A stretch of DNA of 64,000 bases, taken from NCBI GenBank assembly GCA_002269645.1, contig NIVC01001511.1:298151-362150 (forward strand), written 5' to 3'. This DNA is from Macrostomum lignano. Its lineage: Eukaryota. Of the stretch, positions 35,344 to 61,386 are shown one piece after another; the stretch's first letter is position 1, and the number at the start of each line of letters is the position of its first letter. Both the position numbers and the translations under genes were made by a program. The notes beneath the pieces were generated by a model. The model did no database searches, was not told the origin of the DNA, and saw only the letters and a list, made by a program, of their open reading frames with translations.

Positions 35344-37234
35344 ACTGCCGGTGAATTCCTGTATTGATTTGTGCTCTGATTGCCTTTGCTTATCCGGGGT
35401 TTGCTTATTTCCCATTGCTTGATTAGAGAACTGAGCCAATTGTGTAACGTACCTTGCTGTATTTTACTCAATAGTGAAGCCGCCTATTGCCTGTTTATTT
35501 CGCCTAAGGGCCTAATTATTAACGATTACTAAACACCTCATTTCACACCTTCACCATCATTTCATGCATGGCTTGCTGAGCCTTTCTCCCTGAGGGGCAA
35601 AGCATAAGGAAGTTTGGGTAAGCTAATGGGCTCTCCCCGTGAAAAGCCCACCTGTGTGTGCGTGCTGCCGGTCCTGTTTGCTTGCAGTAGAGGGAATTAG
35701 CGGGTCATGGCACAGAATGGCAGCAGGACAGGAGGGTTTTAACACCCTGCTTGCGCGTTCCTTCACCCTGAGCAATCTAAACTATAGCTAGTATACATGT
35801 TTAACTCACACTACTCTTAGTAATATTGAAGCCGCAAGTCCGCCTCATTCACAGCCATAAAAGGATCCTCTGCTGAGAAACCCTCCAGATTGATCCCAGA
35901 GTTCCCGAGTGTGCCCAAAGCAGAGTCCCTGTACTCGGCTGCATGCGTCTCCCCTGTTAGCCTAAATCCCCTGGTAACCAATCCAGGCGGGGCTCTAGCC
36001 TTGAAAGGTCTGGAAATAGCATGGGTGTGCCAGGTCAATAGTGGTGGCCTAGCCATTCGGTCATGCTATGACCGAGTGACCAGTTTTTGCACCTTGGCTA
36101 CAGGTGGGGTCCATGTGGGTCCTTGGCCCTTTGGTTACGAAAGCGCTATCAAAAGCTAGCAATCATGTGGGCTCGACAGTCTGGTGCTGGCGGTCCGTCA
36201 GGTCATTGCCCGTTCATAGTAGGCAGCCTACGGTCATTGCCCTATATGGTCATACCCTCCCCTCCCCGTGGAGCAGACGGTCATAAAAGGCGGTTACATC
36301 ATATGAATGAATAGTCAGCCTTTCCGCCTTAATTTCTTACTTTTTGGTTTTTTCACTGTTCGAACGTCGTGAATACCCCTGTTTGAGTTCAACCAATAAG
36401 CAAACGAAACGAGGCTATAAAATATTTTTTTAGAAACAACTACCGTAACAGACTTTTGGGATATAGCCAGCAGAGGCACATGAACTTTCATATGCATATG
36501 CATATGCTCCGTAGAAGTATAAGTTGGAAGTTTCAATACCGCGAGCATTAAAGCGTGTTAAAACAAATTATAAAGACAGATACTCTAGTCAGATAATATA
36601 TTTTACAAATAAAAATCCAGATTACACTTTCAAGCACCTAATTAAACAAACATATCAGAAGCAAAATAAGCAGATTAGCTACAAGCCTATAACTATATTT
36701 GAAAACGTTTTTCTTAGAAGAAATTAAGTAGTGATGAAATCACCCCTATAAGATTATGCCTAGTGATCTGCTGTTGGTAACAACTACCTAGTGTCGATGC
36801 CGCTGAGTTTCTAAGAGTGAGACAAAGAAGGGAGCGAAGTTAAATTTTCCAACATTTTATCAAGACATAAGATATACTGTCCTGACAAACAATTTGCTAT
36901 TTAATTTCACCGATCAGAACTACTATTTAGCACAAACAATCTAACAATCTCTAATAATCAGAACCTAGTATTCTTATTCTAGCAACAGTAGGGCCTATCA
37001 TCCGCCTATGCCAATATGATGCTGCTTAGGTCTACATACAAATTATACAATTAAGTTTAGCTTGGCCTAGTACTTGTCTAGTTGTCCTCTGTAGAAATGA
37101 GTGACTAAAATAGTGAGCTGTGTGAGCAGTATATAAAAAAATATTTAATAGGTAGGCCCTTAAACCAGTCACTTGTCTAAAGGCATATTTAAATTTTAAG
37201 CTGCAAACTTACCCACAAAGCCAAAGGCCTTATT

Positions 37235-40200
37235 ATGGCAACTTCAGCAACTTATTTTTCAGCTATGGCTATTGATGGTCTTGGATCTGAAGTTTTGCTT
37301 GTAGCTATTTTTATTGTAGCTCTTTGTATTCTTTTTGGATCAATGATACTATTTCCAAATAATATTGATACCACAAATAGTGAGAACCCTGGGTAAGTAA
37401 TAAGTTATTAATATCTTATAATATAAATATTTTTGGAACTTTTGTATAATTTAAGTGACAAGTATAGAATTTCTATAATTAGTCATTATCCTATCTCCAG
37501 AAGATATAGTACAAGTGAGAATTTTCTGGCATGCATTTAAAAATTTCAGCCTACATGGGGTACAAATTAAATTGCAAAAACGGTTGCAGATATGAACAGA
37601 TTCATAAATTAAAATGCAGATATAGATGTGGATTATTATTTTGCAGAGTCAATATAGATATAAAAACAAATGCAGAAAATCTCTGTATTTAGTTCTGTTA
37701 TATAACATGGATTTATATTCTGATTTATTTCTGTTTCTGTTTAGGCCTTATTTTTAGATAAATTATTCTCATTTAAATTTATTATGAAATAATGATGGAA
37801 AATCCTTTTCTCTATTTTCAAAAGTAAAGCTGCTCCATGATATGCTACAGATAATAGAAAAAAAGAAATTTGATTAGGTCTAAAGTTATGTTTGTCGCTA
37901 TATATAATAGAAAAATGTATGTACAAAACATGTGTACTTCTATAGACAACAAATGTGTAAAGTTTAAGTTTGAATTCTAAATAGTTTAAGTCTAGATTGA
38001 CTAGTTTCTTGTTTTCATGTACTTGTGCCAATTCCATAAAGTACATGTAAATCTCTTGATGATTTCCTCATCATTATTTGTTTTTTTAAAATGGAAACAA
38101 CAATTTTTCATCATTATTCATAATAAATTTAAATAAGGAAAATTTATCTAAAAATTAAATAGAACTAGATATAAAGCAGAATATAAATCAATGTTTTGAT
38201 AGAACTAAATCTAGAGATTTTCTGCGTCTGTTCTTTATATCTGCATTTATTATGCAAAATAGTAATCCACATCTGTATCTACATTTTAGTATGCAAATCT
38301 ATTCCATATCTGCATCTATTTCTGCAGTTTAGTTGGTACTACTAGATGTGCAATCAAAAGAAAGTGTAGTTGTCAGGGTACATAATTGCAATATAATGTT
38401 CATTACTGCATGCCAGTTCAATATTGCTATGGGCCATAGTCAGGATTCAGGAAGATGGCCTTTTTCACAGAAAATTCTGGTGCAAAAGGGGTTGGACATG
38501 TGCCACACCAGCATGGTATGGCGCAAGAAAAAATTGGCACAATTTGGTGCAAGATAAAAACTTTAAAAAGACATTATTTTTTCTAATAGAAAATTAGCAT
38601 GTAATTTCTTTTTATGAGCTTTTTTGTTTGCTAGTATATTGATGGCTTTTTAAATTAATTTATGTTAACATTGCATTTTCTATGAAACATATTCAAATAC
38701 AAGTTGTACAAGTATTTTTCAAATTGAAAATTGACTGATTTTAAGGTTTTTTTTACAAAAGTTGCAATATATGGCATGAGCAAAGTTTTTTGATAGGAAT
38801 CATACATGCGAAACCTTAGGAATCTCCCAGCCATTTCTATTGGCAATACAATATACATACATATAAGTCACTATTGGCTGAGAGCAGTCACGACTATTAT
38901 TCAAAGCCAAAGCTTATATCAAACTTGACGTCTATTAAACTAGAATCTAGAAAAATGTATAATTCATAATATATACCAAAACTTTATTATAAACTTACAT
39001 TAAATCAACAACTTAATAGAAAAACAGATTGGTCTAAGATAGGTTATCCACAAATTTTTGACACTGGCTTGATTAGAGCTATCTTTAGTCTTCTAGATAA
39101 AAACTATCAAATGGCAATCTAATAGATTGCTAATAGGCCTAATAATCCATAATTGATTATCTTCCAAAGCCTCATTACTACTACTATGAATTATAGATTG
39201 ATATTTATATTAGCCATCACATTCCTCTAAGCAACACTTAAATATACTCGTACATGTAAATTCTAAATATATGTAAAAATGTGTGATGTTTGGCATTGCA
39301 AAAGACAAACAAAAAGCAATGTAGGCCCCTATTTGAAGCCTAATAAGAAATATTCTGTTGCTTTAAAAGTTTAATGTTTCTTCAAGTTTTTCCATAGATA
39401 TCTTTGTTATAATAGCCTAAAAAGAAGGTGTAAGTGCATTTATTCACAAGTATTTTTGTGACTTTCTGATTATCAAATTTGGTACAGCTTAGCTTAGCTT
39501 ACTAAATAAAAAACAGGATACCATTCCCTATCTCTTCCAAATAATAGGAATGCAAAATGAATACTGAGGCTATTGAGAATAAATTAAAATATTTCTTTTT
39601 GGCATATGGCATATTTACTACTATTTTAGAATGGTAGATATGCAGTATGCCAAGAAGAAATCTCTTAATTTATTCTCAAGAGCCTTTAGTATTCTATTAC
39701 TAACCATTTATAGACCATTATATTATAGACCATTTTTAGCATAATGGATTTTGCATTCCCATTTTTGGAAGAGATGGGGAATGGTATCCTGGGGAATAAA
39801 TTTGTTAAATTACTATAAGTTTATAATTGAGTTCCTACTATAATTTTGTTCATAACTTTGGTTTCTATTGTTCCTTTTAAGACATTAAATTTATTATAAA
39901 GAAGAGAATTGGCACTATAAATTATAAATTATAAACTATAAACTTTTTATAATCTTTTTTGATATTTTTACTGCCAAACCTTGAAGCTCGAATTCATTAG
40001 CATTAACCCTACCCCACACATTAACCCTACCACACACACACTTACCACACCCTACCACCCAACAGCGAGCGCTTCCAACTGCAGCCTCGATCAGCAGATC
40101 CGCCACTCGATGCCTGCCCAATCTGCCTGGAAGAATCTCCCCGACTTGCTGTGCAAACATCCTGCGGTCATCACTTCTGCGGCCCGTGTTTCCTGACCCT

Positions 40201-41430
40201 GTGGGATGATCGGGTGCTGGCCAGCGTGGCCTGTCCAATGTGCAGGCAGGCTGTGACCATTCTGTTCCCCGTGTTCACAGCTGATGAATTGGGTGCCGCC
40301 AATGATCACCAGAATGAGGAACAATTCGGTCAGGTGATTGACAGGTTAGTTTTGTAGTTTTTTTGTATTGTCTCTACTAGTCAAGAGATTCTGTCAATTC
40401 CCACACTTAGTCTGAGTAATTGCAGTAATTAAAATCTGAGTAATTCCCCTAATTACAGTCTGAGTAATTCCCCTAATTACAGTCTGGGTAATTGCCCTAA
40501 TTACAGTCTGAGTAATTGCCCTAATTACAGTCTGAGTAATTCCCCTAATTACAGTCTGAGTAATTGCCCTAATTACAGTCTGAGTAATTCCCCATTACAG
40601 TCTGAGTAATTGCCCTAATTACAGTCTGAGTAATTCCCCTAATTACAGTCTGAGTAATTGCCCTAATTACAGTCTGAGTAATTGCCCTAATTACAGTCTG
40701 AGTAATTGCCCTAATTACAGTCTGAGTAATTCCCCTAATTACAGTCTGAGTAATTGCCCTAATTACAGTCTGAGTAATTCCCCTAATTACAGTCTGAGTA
40801 ATTGCCCTAATTACAGTCTGAGTAATTGCCCCTAATTACAGTCTGAGTAATTGCCCTAATTACAGTCTGAGTAATTGCCCTAATTACAGCCTGAGTAATT
40901 CCCCTAATAACAGTCTGAGTAATTCTCAAATCGGTTGAGCCATTTTTTTCTGAAATCTATCGCATAGCTACAGACAACTCATTTTTAGTATATTGGATTT
41001 CCCTAATTACAGTCTTAGCAAGTCCCTTAATTACAGTCGAAGTAATTCCCTTAATTCCCCAAATTACTATCCGACTAATTCTCCCAAATCATTGATCCAA
41101 CATTGACCCCCCAGGGTGAACAGGTTCAACCGCTACAACTCTGGTCGCGGAGTCCCATTGTCGGATTTGCTCCGCGATTTCCCCACTGTGCTGCGGCATT
41201 TCCTGGCCGACCTGTTCAGTCCGGACGGTTTTTCCTTTGTCTACATGGCGCGCATCTCGGTTGTCATGGTGATGTGCCTGGCGTACCTGATTTCGCCGTT
41301 GGACATTCTGCCCGAGGCAGTGTTTGGCCTGCTGGGCATCCTGGACGATTTGGTTATACTGCTGTTGTGCCTCATTTTTGTTGTGTTCCTGTACCGCGAT
41401 ATTGTCAGTCGCAGGGAGTTTCACGCGTGA
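37235..41430 (+). CDS. RNF170: E3 ubiquitin ligase RNF170-like; exons 37235-37392, 40066-40344, 41115-41430 (250 aa)
   Basis: N-terminal TM (IDGLGSEVLLVAIFIVAL), C3HC4 RING (CPICLEE..TSCGHHFCGPC..CPMCRQ), C-terminal YLISPLDILPEAVFGLLGILDDL (DUF1232-like); GT-AG junctions with matching phases (2, 2). Confidence 0.9.
39514..39791. mobile_element. 278-bp MITE in RNF170 intron 1
   Basis: TIR CAGGATACCATTCCC(T/C)ATCTCTTCCAAA at both ends in inverted orientation, plus inner inverted segments. Confidence 0.8.
40428..40922. repeat. 24-bp minisatellite (TAATTACAGTCTGAGTAATTGCCC), RNF170 intron 2
   Basis: About 20 tandem copies. Confidence 0.93.
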
Positions 41431-41489
41431 CTTCAAGTTCGCTGTGTGAGTCCCTTGGCTCTTACGACTGACAGCTTAGTGACTCTTGG

Positions 41490-42004
41490 TTCTGACATCC
41501 TTTAGTGACTCCACTTGACCCTGACATCCTTTAGTGACTCCACTTGACCCTGACATCCTTTAGTGACTCCACTTGACCCTGACATCCTTTAGTGACTCCA
41601 CTTGACCCTGACATCCTTTAGTGACTCCACTTGACCCTGACATCCTTTAGTGACTCCACTTGACCCTGACATCCTTTAGTGACTCCACTTGACCCTGACA
41701 TCCTTTAGTGACTCCACTTGACCCTGACATCCTTTAGTGACTCCACTTGACCCTGACATCCTTCAGTGACTCCACTTGACCCTGACATCCTTTAGTGACT
41801 CCACTTGACCCTGACATCCTTTAGTGACTCCACTTGACCCTGACATCCTTTAGTGACTCCACTTGACCCTGACATCCTTCAGTGACTCCACTTGACCCTG
41901 ACATCCTTTAGTGACTCCACTTGACCCTGACATCCTTTAGTGACTCCACTTGACCCTGACATCCTTTAGTGACTCCACTTGACCCTGACACCCTTCAGTG
42001 ACTC
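41490..42004. repeat. 29-bp minisatellite (CTGACATCCTTTAGTGACTCCACTTGACC) just 3' of RNF170
   Basis: About 17 near-identical copies. Confidence 0.95.
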
Positions 42005-42482
42005 ATCTTATCATTAGCATCTTTCGGTGACTTCACCTGGCTCTGTGACATTTTCACCAGTTTTTTTTACAATTAGACTACATGCCACTGTTTCTTTGAC
42101 TCTGCTGTGCTGCCCGTACTGATTTCTGTTGTCTTTACTGTAAAAGTTTATTGTGCCACATTGTATCAGTTGTGTACTATTATTATATAAATTGAAGAGT
42201 AAAATATATTTTCTAAGAATCAATGACTGGTTTTCAACTACGAGTATATTTGTCTTCTTTTTGCAATTGTTTTAGTTATGGCTAGTTTATTTTATACAAT
42301 AGATTCTAGGAATAGTTTTTAATGCTCAATTTCGCCTACTCACCGCAGTAGTATTCATCAGTACAAATTGTAACTTTTTTAACGGATTCAATAATGTTTT
42401 GATTTAAATTCATGATTTGCTACGTGCAAAGCCCTATTGAAGATTGGTAATATTTTTAATACTCGATATAAAAGCGGCAGTT

Positions 42483-49785
<7,303 letters not shown>

Positions 49786-50054
49786 TGGAGGAGATGCGGT
49801 TAACTACTATTAGTAACCTGTTACGCTTGTCTATGCCGTTAATAAATTAAGCTTTCTACTGCCTGTAATTAACAATACAGTCTGTTCGTGAAGCGTCGGA
49901 TGTTCGATTTTCTTTGCTTGTGTAATCTGCGCTTATAACTGGTTGATGATAATGGGGTAATTGTCTTCAAATAGTTCCTTTCTGATTTATATATTTTTAT
50001 ACTGACTTAGTGAGTCTCCCAAGCACGCACTGACATACTCTACAAACAGCACTG

Positions 50055-50730
50055 ACAGTTTCTCGAAACAGACACTTTCAGTCTAAAAACAGGCACTGAC
50101 AGTCTCCTAAAACAGGCACTGACAGTCTCTTAAAAACAGGCACTGACAGTCTCTTAAAAACAGGCACTGACAGTCTCTCAAAACAGGCACTGACAGTCTC
50201 TCAAAACAGGCACTGACAGTCTCTCAAAACAGGCACTGACAGTCTCTCAAAACAGGCACTGACAGTCTCTCAAAACAGGCACTGACAGTCTCTCAAAACA
50301 GGCACTGACAGTCTCTCAAAACAGGCACTGACAGTCTCTCAAAACAGGCACTGACAGTCTCTTAAAACAGGCACTGACAGTCTCTTAAAACAGGCACTGA
50401 CAGTCTCTCAACTCTGGCACTGACAGTCTCTCAAAACAGGCACTGACAGTCTCTCAACTCTGGCACTGACAGTCTCACAAAACAGGCACTGACAGTCACA
50501 AAACAGGCACTGACAGTCTCCCATTACAGACACTGACAGTCTCCTAAAACAGACACTGACAGTCTCTCAAAAGGGCACTGACAGTCTCCTAAAACAGGCA
50601 CTGACAATCTCCCAAAGCAGGCACTGACAGTCTCTTAAGACAGGCGCTGACAGTCTCTTAAAACAGACACTGACAGTGTCTCAAAACAGGCACTGACAGT
50701 GTCTCAAAACAGGCACTGACAGTCTCCTAA
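50055..50730. repeat. 23-bp minisatellite (AAAACAGGCACTGACAGTCTCTC) between U2SURP and ASAH1
   Basis: About 28 copies. Confidence 0.94.
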
Positions 50731-50858
50731 AACACCGGGAATCCCCACCAAAGCGTTTTCAGTTTTAGATTCAGCATAAGATTAGCAAATCATGCTACTG
50801 AAAGTAGAGCAAATAAAATATTAAATTCAGCCCATTGCAGCCAACTCTTTCTACTGCC

Positions 50859-52741
50859 ATGCGCCTCCTCGTCCTGTCGCTGTTCTGCCTGTCGCTGGCG
50901 GCGCCTCGCTCGGCCCAGCCGCCGCCGCCGCCGACGGCTCAGTGTGTGGCTGACGCCTACCCGCCCCCGCCGGACACTCTCGTGCCAACCGCTCGCGTCA
51001 ATCTGGACGAACCGCCGGCCACCCGATGGCGCCAGGTTGTGGCGCCGCGCGCCGCCGGAATGCGCGCCCTGTTGGGCCAATTCCGGCAGTTCCTGTTCAA
51101 CCTGACCGGCTCCGACTCGCTCATGAACATCGTCGACAAGGAGATGGTCCCGCTGTCCCAGACTCTGCCTGAACCGTTTCGCAGTGAGCTGGACGGCGTG
51201 TCGGCCCTGTCCAACCTCAGCCTGGGCGAGGTCACCCTGTTCAATGTCTTCTACGAGCTGTTCCCGCTGTGCACCTCCATCCTGGCCGAGGACTCCAGCG
51301 GCCGGCTGTTCCACGCCAGGAACATGGACTTCGGGCTGTTTCTGGGCTGGAATGTCACCAACAGCTCTTGGATTATTGCCGATTATTTGAGGCCGCTACT
51401 GGTCAATGTGGAGTTCTATAGGGGTGGCCGGCTGGTGAGCATCAGTGTCCTGTGGCGTGTGCTTTTGGGTGATTATGTAAACCGCTTTGCTGGGCAGTTC
51501 CCCAGTTGCTGGGCCAGCCTCCCAGATCCTCAGTTGCTGGGCCAGCCTCCCAGATCCTCAGTTTCTAGGCCAGCCTCCCAGATCCTCAGTTGCTGGGCCA
51601 GCCTCCCAGATCCTCAGTTGCTGGGCCAGCCTCCCAGATCCTCAGTTGCTGGGCCAGCCTCCCAGAGTGTCAGTTGCTGGGCCAGCCTCCCAGATCCTCA
51701 GTTGCTGGGCCAGCCTCCCAGATCCTCAGTTGCTAGGCCAGCCTCCCAGATCCTCAGTTGCTGGGCCAGCCTCCCAGAGTGTCAGTTGCTGGGCCAGCCT
51801 CCCAGATCCTCAGTTGCTGGGCCAGCCTCCCAGATCCTCAGTTGCTGGGCCAGCCTCCCAGATCCTCAGTTGCTGGGCCAGCCTCCCAGAGTGTCAGTTG
51901 CTGGGCCAGCCTCCCAGATCCTCAGTTGCTGGGCCAGCCTCCCAGATCCTCAGTTGCTGGGCCAGCCTCCCAGAGTGTCAGTTGCTGGGCCAGCCTCCCA
52001 GATCCTCAGTTGCGAGGCCAGCCTTCCAGATTAAATTAAAAACGAATGTGGCTATTATGCAGAAGCAACCCCGGATCTTCGTTGCTAAGGCCAGCTGCAC
52101 AGCCTTCGCTGTCCACCCCCCTCACCGAGCAGGTGTTTCTCTCCAGCCACTACGCCGGCTACATCGGGGTGCTCACCGGGCTCCGGCCGCACCAGTTCAG
52201 CCTGTCCGTGAACAGCCGCGTCAGCGCCAAGACCCAGAGCCTGGCCGGAGTTGTTGAGTGGTTGCTAGGCATCAGGGATCAGTACTGGCTAGGCGTTGCC
52301 ACCCGAGCTGTGCTAGAGAACGCCACCGACTATGGCCAGGCCAAGCAGCGCCTCGCCAACTGGAAGCTGATCGCTCCGGTGTACTTCATCCTTGGCGGCG
52401 CCAAACACCTGGAAGGCTGCGTGATCACCCGCGACCGAGCGGCCGGCGCCGCGGACATCTGGGAGCGGGCCGCGGCTGGCAACCACAGCTGGTACCTGCT
52501 GCAGACCAACTATGATCACTGGAAATCTCCCAATCCCATTGACAACAGGCGAGGTCCCGGCAATGCCTGCATGGCTAAGAAGGGCCAAGATGAAGCTGCC
52601 AGCTTCTCGGGTTTGTTCAACGTCCTAAGTTCGATTCCTGTACTGAACAAGCTGACGGTGTACACGGCGCTGATGCGGGTGGACGATGCCACTCTGGTGG
52701 CGTACAGGCGGCAGTGCCCCGACCCCTGCGCACCTTGGTGA
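50859..52741 (+). CDS. ASAH1: Acid ceramidase; exons 50859-51434, 52133-52741 (394 aa)
   Basis: Signal peptide; VNLDEPPATRW; FNVFYELFPLCTSI (autocleavage Cys); HARNMDFGLFLGW; AGYIGVLTG..FSLSVN; LQTNYDHWK..DNRR; ends CPDPCAPW, typical of ASAH1 rather than NAAA. Confidence 0.92.
51497..52030. repeat. 28-bp minisatellite, ASAH1 intron
   Basis: GTTGCTGGGCCAGCCTCCCAGATCCTCA, about 19 copies. Confidence 0.94.
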
Positions 52742-53029
52742 CTGACGTCTATGACTGTTTTATGATTTTTGAGTCTTTCTCTAATTGGTTCTGATTCTGC
52801 CATAAAATTTATTAGTCAGGTGTTTCTTATGATTTGACTTGTGATTTAAACCTAATTTTAATTGCTCAAATATTCTATTTTACTATTGCAAGTAAATCAA
52901 GTTACAGAAATTTGGTGTTTTTTTACATTTAAAATACAAAATCTTTCAAATTTACTTAATTTTTTTATTTTTTAACTTGATTTATAATTAATTTGCAAAT
53001 GGAAACATATTTTTGTCTTGATTTTCTTT

Positions 53030-53343
<314 letters not shown>

Positions 53344-53747
53344 GAGTCATATGGACACCAGGTCATTCAGACCTATTTGTAAATTATAGATAAACGAGTT
53401 ATTTAAGCTACCGTTTAGCTTACGGTAGTTAAGCAGATGTCAATTCAAGAATCCAGTGCGTGCAATAAAGTACATTTGAACTCTAGCAATCTGGCATGCA
53501 GATCGCATCACATTCGATTGTTCAGTTGATTGCGAGCGGCATCCTCTGGTCCGAGAGGGTTCCAATGTCGCGCACCACCCCAGCTTGACGGAGGCAAGTT
53601 GAGAAAGCCGAAAAATCCAAAATGTCACCCCATTTATTGCCCCAATCGGTTGGGCGCTTCCTATCGCGCAGCGAGACAGTTGGGGGCTCGTAACTGATTC
53701 ATAAAATATATACAATGTAGGTTACCATAAAATCCCATGTATGATTG

Positions 53748-54345
53748 GGTAGACTGGGTACACTAGCTGGGTAGACTTGGTAGACTGGATAGATTTGGTA
53801 GACTGGATAAATTGGGTAGACTGAGTAGACTGGATGGAATGTGTAGTTTTTAGACTGGATAGCTGTGTATTTAGGTAGACTGCGTAGATCGGGTAGACTG
53901 GGTAGATTGAGTAGACAGGGTAGACTGACTGGGTAGATTGAGTAGACAGAGTAGATTGGGTAGACTGGGTAGATTGAGTAGACTGAGTAGATTGGTTGAC
54001 TGGGTAGACTGCGTAGATTGGGTTGACTGGATGGACTTTGGCAGACTGCGTAGATTGGGTAGACTGGGTAGATTGAGTAGACAGGGTAGACTGACTGGGT
54101 AGATTGAGTAGACAGGGTAGACTGACTGGGTAGATTGAGTAGACAGGGTAGACTTACTGGGTAGATTGAGTAGACAGGGTAGACTGACTGGGTAGATTGA
54201 GTAGACTGCGTAGATTGGGTTGACTGGGTAGACTAGCTGCGTAGATTGGGTTGATTGGATGGACTTTGGTAGATTGGGTAGACTGGATAGACTGTGTAGT
54301 TGTTATAGACTGGTTGACTGGGTAGATTGGGTAGATTGGTTAGAC
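53748..54345. repeat. Degenerate 9-10-bp satellite (GGGTAGACT/GAGTAGACT)
   Basis: Tandem array with a ~28-bp higher unit in its middle. Confidence 0.85.
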
Positions 54346-54897
54346 TATCTATAAAAGTTCGAACATGTCAACCTTATATTAATTATCAATATTATGTTGA
54401 CTGTCTTCGTCGATGTGAAAATTCTTTAAATTACAGCGGATTGAACATGTAACAGCATCTAACAATCTAATTGTAGTAGATTGTGTAGACAGTCAGCCAG
54501 TCAGTCAGATTAAAGATCAAATACAATACATGTATAGAGCCAGTCTGTCTGGTAGTTTTCCTAATATGAACAAACAAAGCATCTTGAGGTACTTTGTATC
54601 ACTACATGTAGTTGATAAATCGGCATATAGTCTGCCATTTGCAATGTGCACTGGCCCAGCTTCACTTCCTAATTCTTCGTGGAGATGAAGCTCTGAGGCT
54701 ATCAGCTGCAGAAATCTTACCTGCACTTAATTGCTGCGTCAAAAAAGTATTCGAAGTGGAAACGAATAGGATTCATCCGGGGTCTCCGGCAGGATTACCC
54801 GTTCTGTCAAGGACAACTACCAATACTGGAATTCGGATTGGAAGCACTTCAAATTAGGAGCGACCCGGGTGCTTTTGCCCCCTCCAATGAAAGTGCA

Positions 54898-55650
54898 TGG
54901 CGCCCCTCAAATGAAGTGGCGCCCTCTCAGATGAAGTGGCGCCCTCTCAGATAAAAATGGCGCCGTCTCAGATGAAGTGGCGCCCTCACAGATGAAGTGG
55001 CGCCCTCTCAGATAAAGGAGCGCTCTTTTCAAATGAAGTGGCGTCCCCTCAGATGATGTTGCGATGTGATTCCCCTCAAATGATAAAAATGGCGCCGTCT
55101 CAGATAAAAATGGCGCCGTCTCAGATGAAAATGGTGCCGCCTCAGATGAAAATGGCGCCGCCTCAGATGATGTTGCGCCGTCTCAGATAAAAATGGCGCC
55201 GTCTCAGATGAAAATGGCGCCGTCTTAGATAAAAATGGCGCCGTCTCAGATGAAGTGGCGCCCTCTCAGATAAAGTGGCGCTCTATTCAAAGAAAGTGGC
55301 GTCCCCTCAGATTATAAAAATGGTGCCGCCTCAGATGAAAATGGCGCCGTCTCAGATAAAAATGGTGCCGCCTCAGATGAAAATAGCGCCGCCTCAGATG
55401 ATGTTGCGCCGTCTGAGATAAAAATGGCGCCGTCTCAGATAAAAATGGCGCCGTCTCAGATAAAAATGGCTCCGTCTCAGATAAAAATGGCGCCGTCTCA
55501 GATAAAAATGGCGCCGTCTCAGATGAAAATGGCGCCGCCTCAGATGATGTTGCGCCGTCTCAAATAAAAATGGCGCCGTCTCAGATGAAAATGGCGCCGT
55601 CTCAGATAAAAATGGCGCCGTCTCAGATGAAAATGGCGCCGCCTCAGATG
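54898..55650. repeat. 21-bp minisatellite (TCAGATGAAAATGGCGCCGTC)
   Basis: Tandem array rich in GGCGCC. Confidence 0.92.
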
Positions 55651-56541
55651 AATCCTTCAAATGAAGACCCCTGGCTATACTCGTATTAACACCTGCTGTT
55701 TTAAGTTACCATTATTTAAGCATAAGTTAGTTAGATAATTTAAATAACTTTTTTCGGATTTTTATTTAAATCTCCTCTCAAGTTGGCCAACAAGAGCTCG
55801 TTGAGTTGACTGTTTAACTGTTTTTTTCAACCAGTTTCCAAATCCAGGCTCCTGCAGGATGCTGCTATGCGTCAGACATTCGGGACGCTGCGACCGCATG
55901 CAGCTGGTATCGTTATTTTTTCCCAACCCTGCCGTCCTCCACCACTTTTTCCTCTCCCCAGCCTCCACTCTCTCTCAGCTGCCCCACTTCCCGAAGTTCT
56001 CTACTGACCTCTCGACTGCGGCGTCAGCCTTACCGTCCCTCTCTCTGTCTGTCTTCATCCTTCCGATTCTGCAGCGCAAGCAATCGAAAGCAGCCGCGTT
56101 GCCTTTTGTATATTTGCACCTTGATTGGTTGGCCCCTCCATCTTGTGTCAGCCCTACCAGCAGGCTGTATGCAACAAGTAATCTTCTTCTAAGAGGACTG
56201 TCCAGCAGGCTTATCCCCCCTCCCCCCGGGGGAAAGGCTGTCTCCGCCGGTTTCGGGGTAGCCAAAAATGGAACCTGCGGAGCGCCACCGCATTCTGTCG
56301 CGAAGCCAAAAACTTTCTCTGATTCGTCACCGCCGCTTTTCTGCTTCTAGTAGCAGAAACTTCTGTACCGATTGCTTGCGCCCTCTCAGATCTGTATCAT
56401 ATCTGAAATCCAAAGACTGCAGTACTTGAGTCTGCCGACCGCTTGGAGACAGAGAAGCCACCCTGAGCTGGTCTTGGTGGGTATCCGTGAGTGAAATTCT
56501 ATGCAACATTGGCAAAATTATTGAACAAAAGTTTTCTTTGT

Positions 56542-56926
56542 ACTGATCTGCTTCCAATGCAGCTGTTGTTGATCTGCTTCCAATGCAGTTGTTGATCTGC
56601 TTCCAATGCAGCTGTTGATGATCTGCTTCCAATGCAGCTGTTGATGATCTGCTTCCAATGCAGCTGTTGATGATCTGCTTCCAATGCAGCTGTTGTTGAT
56701 CTGCTCCCAATGCAGCTGTTGTTGATCTGCTTCCAATGCAGCTGTTGTTGATCTGCTTCCAATGCAGCTGTTGTTGATCTGCTTCCAATGCAGCTGTTGT
56801 TGATCTGCTTCCAATGCAGCTGTTGTTGATCTGCTTCCAATGCAGCTGTTGATGATCTGCTTCCAATGCAGCTGTTGATGATCTGCTTCCAATGCAGCTG
56901 TTGATGATCTGCTTCCAATGCAGCTG
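56542..56926. repeat. 26-bp minisatellite (TGATCTGCTTCCAATGCAGCTGTTGT)
   Basis: About 15 copies. Confidence 0.94.
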
Positions 56927-57551
56927 TCCTGTCATCAATAAATTCATTTATTCAAAATTCCTACTAGGCAAGCCAGTTAACAGCTCAACTGTACCAAGTT
57001 AAGTCTGTATTTTTTGTTGCAAAAATCCATCTTGTTACAGAACCTCTTTCAAAATTGACTATTGCTCTTCAAAATTTTACAACTCTTTAAAAATGCCGGT
57101 GCTGTAAAAGCCTTCGCTGATGCGTCCGTCAGACAAAAACGGCAGAAATTTTTTTTAATATGCACGCGCAGTCTTGCATTCTGTCCAGATTCTGGGGCTA
57201 GATCGGCTGCTGCGATGCCTAGCGTGAGAAATTGCCGAAATTTACACCCGCTCGCCTCTGAAAGCAGAAATTGCTGTGAAAAAGAAAGACGCAGTCAACT
57301 CCTAACCCTACTAAAGACCTTATGCAAGCAAGTTTACAAGCTCAGCTGCAGAAATTATTTCAGTCTAAAGGTCTCTGTTTGGTATTTTTTTTAGAAAAGG
57401 AAACTTCCATTCAAAACCGGCCTTCGATAGAAGCTGCAAACTGCATTCATCTCTCCCAGATCCCCAGAGAATCCACAAACCCAACTCGAACACCTGCTGT
57501 AACCTGGCTGGAGCTTCGAGTGACGTGGGCAGCTGGAAGCAGCACAGAGGC

Positions 57552-61386
<3,835 letters not shown>

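Noticed and set aside
34260-36330. Possible gag/integrase or LINE remnants around the CT tract
   Set aside because: No diagnostic motif could be identified by eye; needs a translated homology search.
51435-52132. Repeat-encoded insert in acid ceramidase
   Set aside because: 28-bp minisatellite inside a phase-0 GT-AG intron; removal gives a normal-length 394-aa protein.
54370-55670. Possible hAT-like element with a subterminal 21-bp repeat
   Set aside because: Only vague similarity; no paired TIR, TSD or convincing transposase motif could be read.
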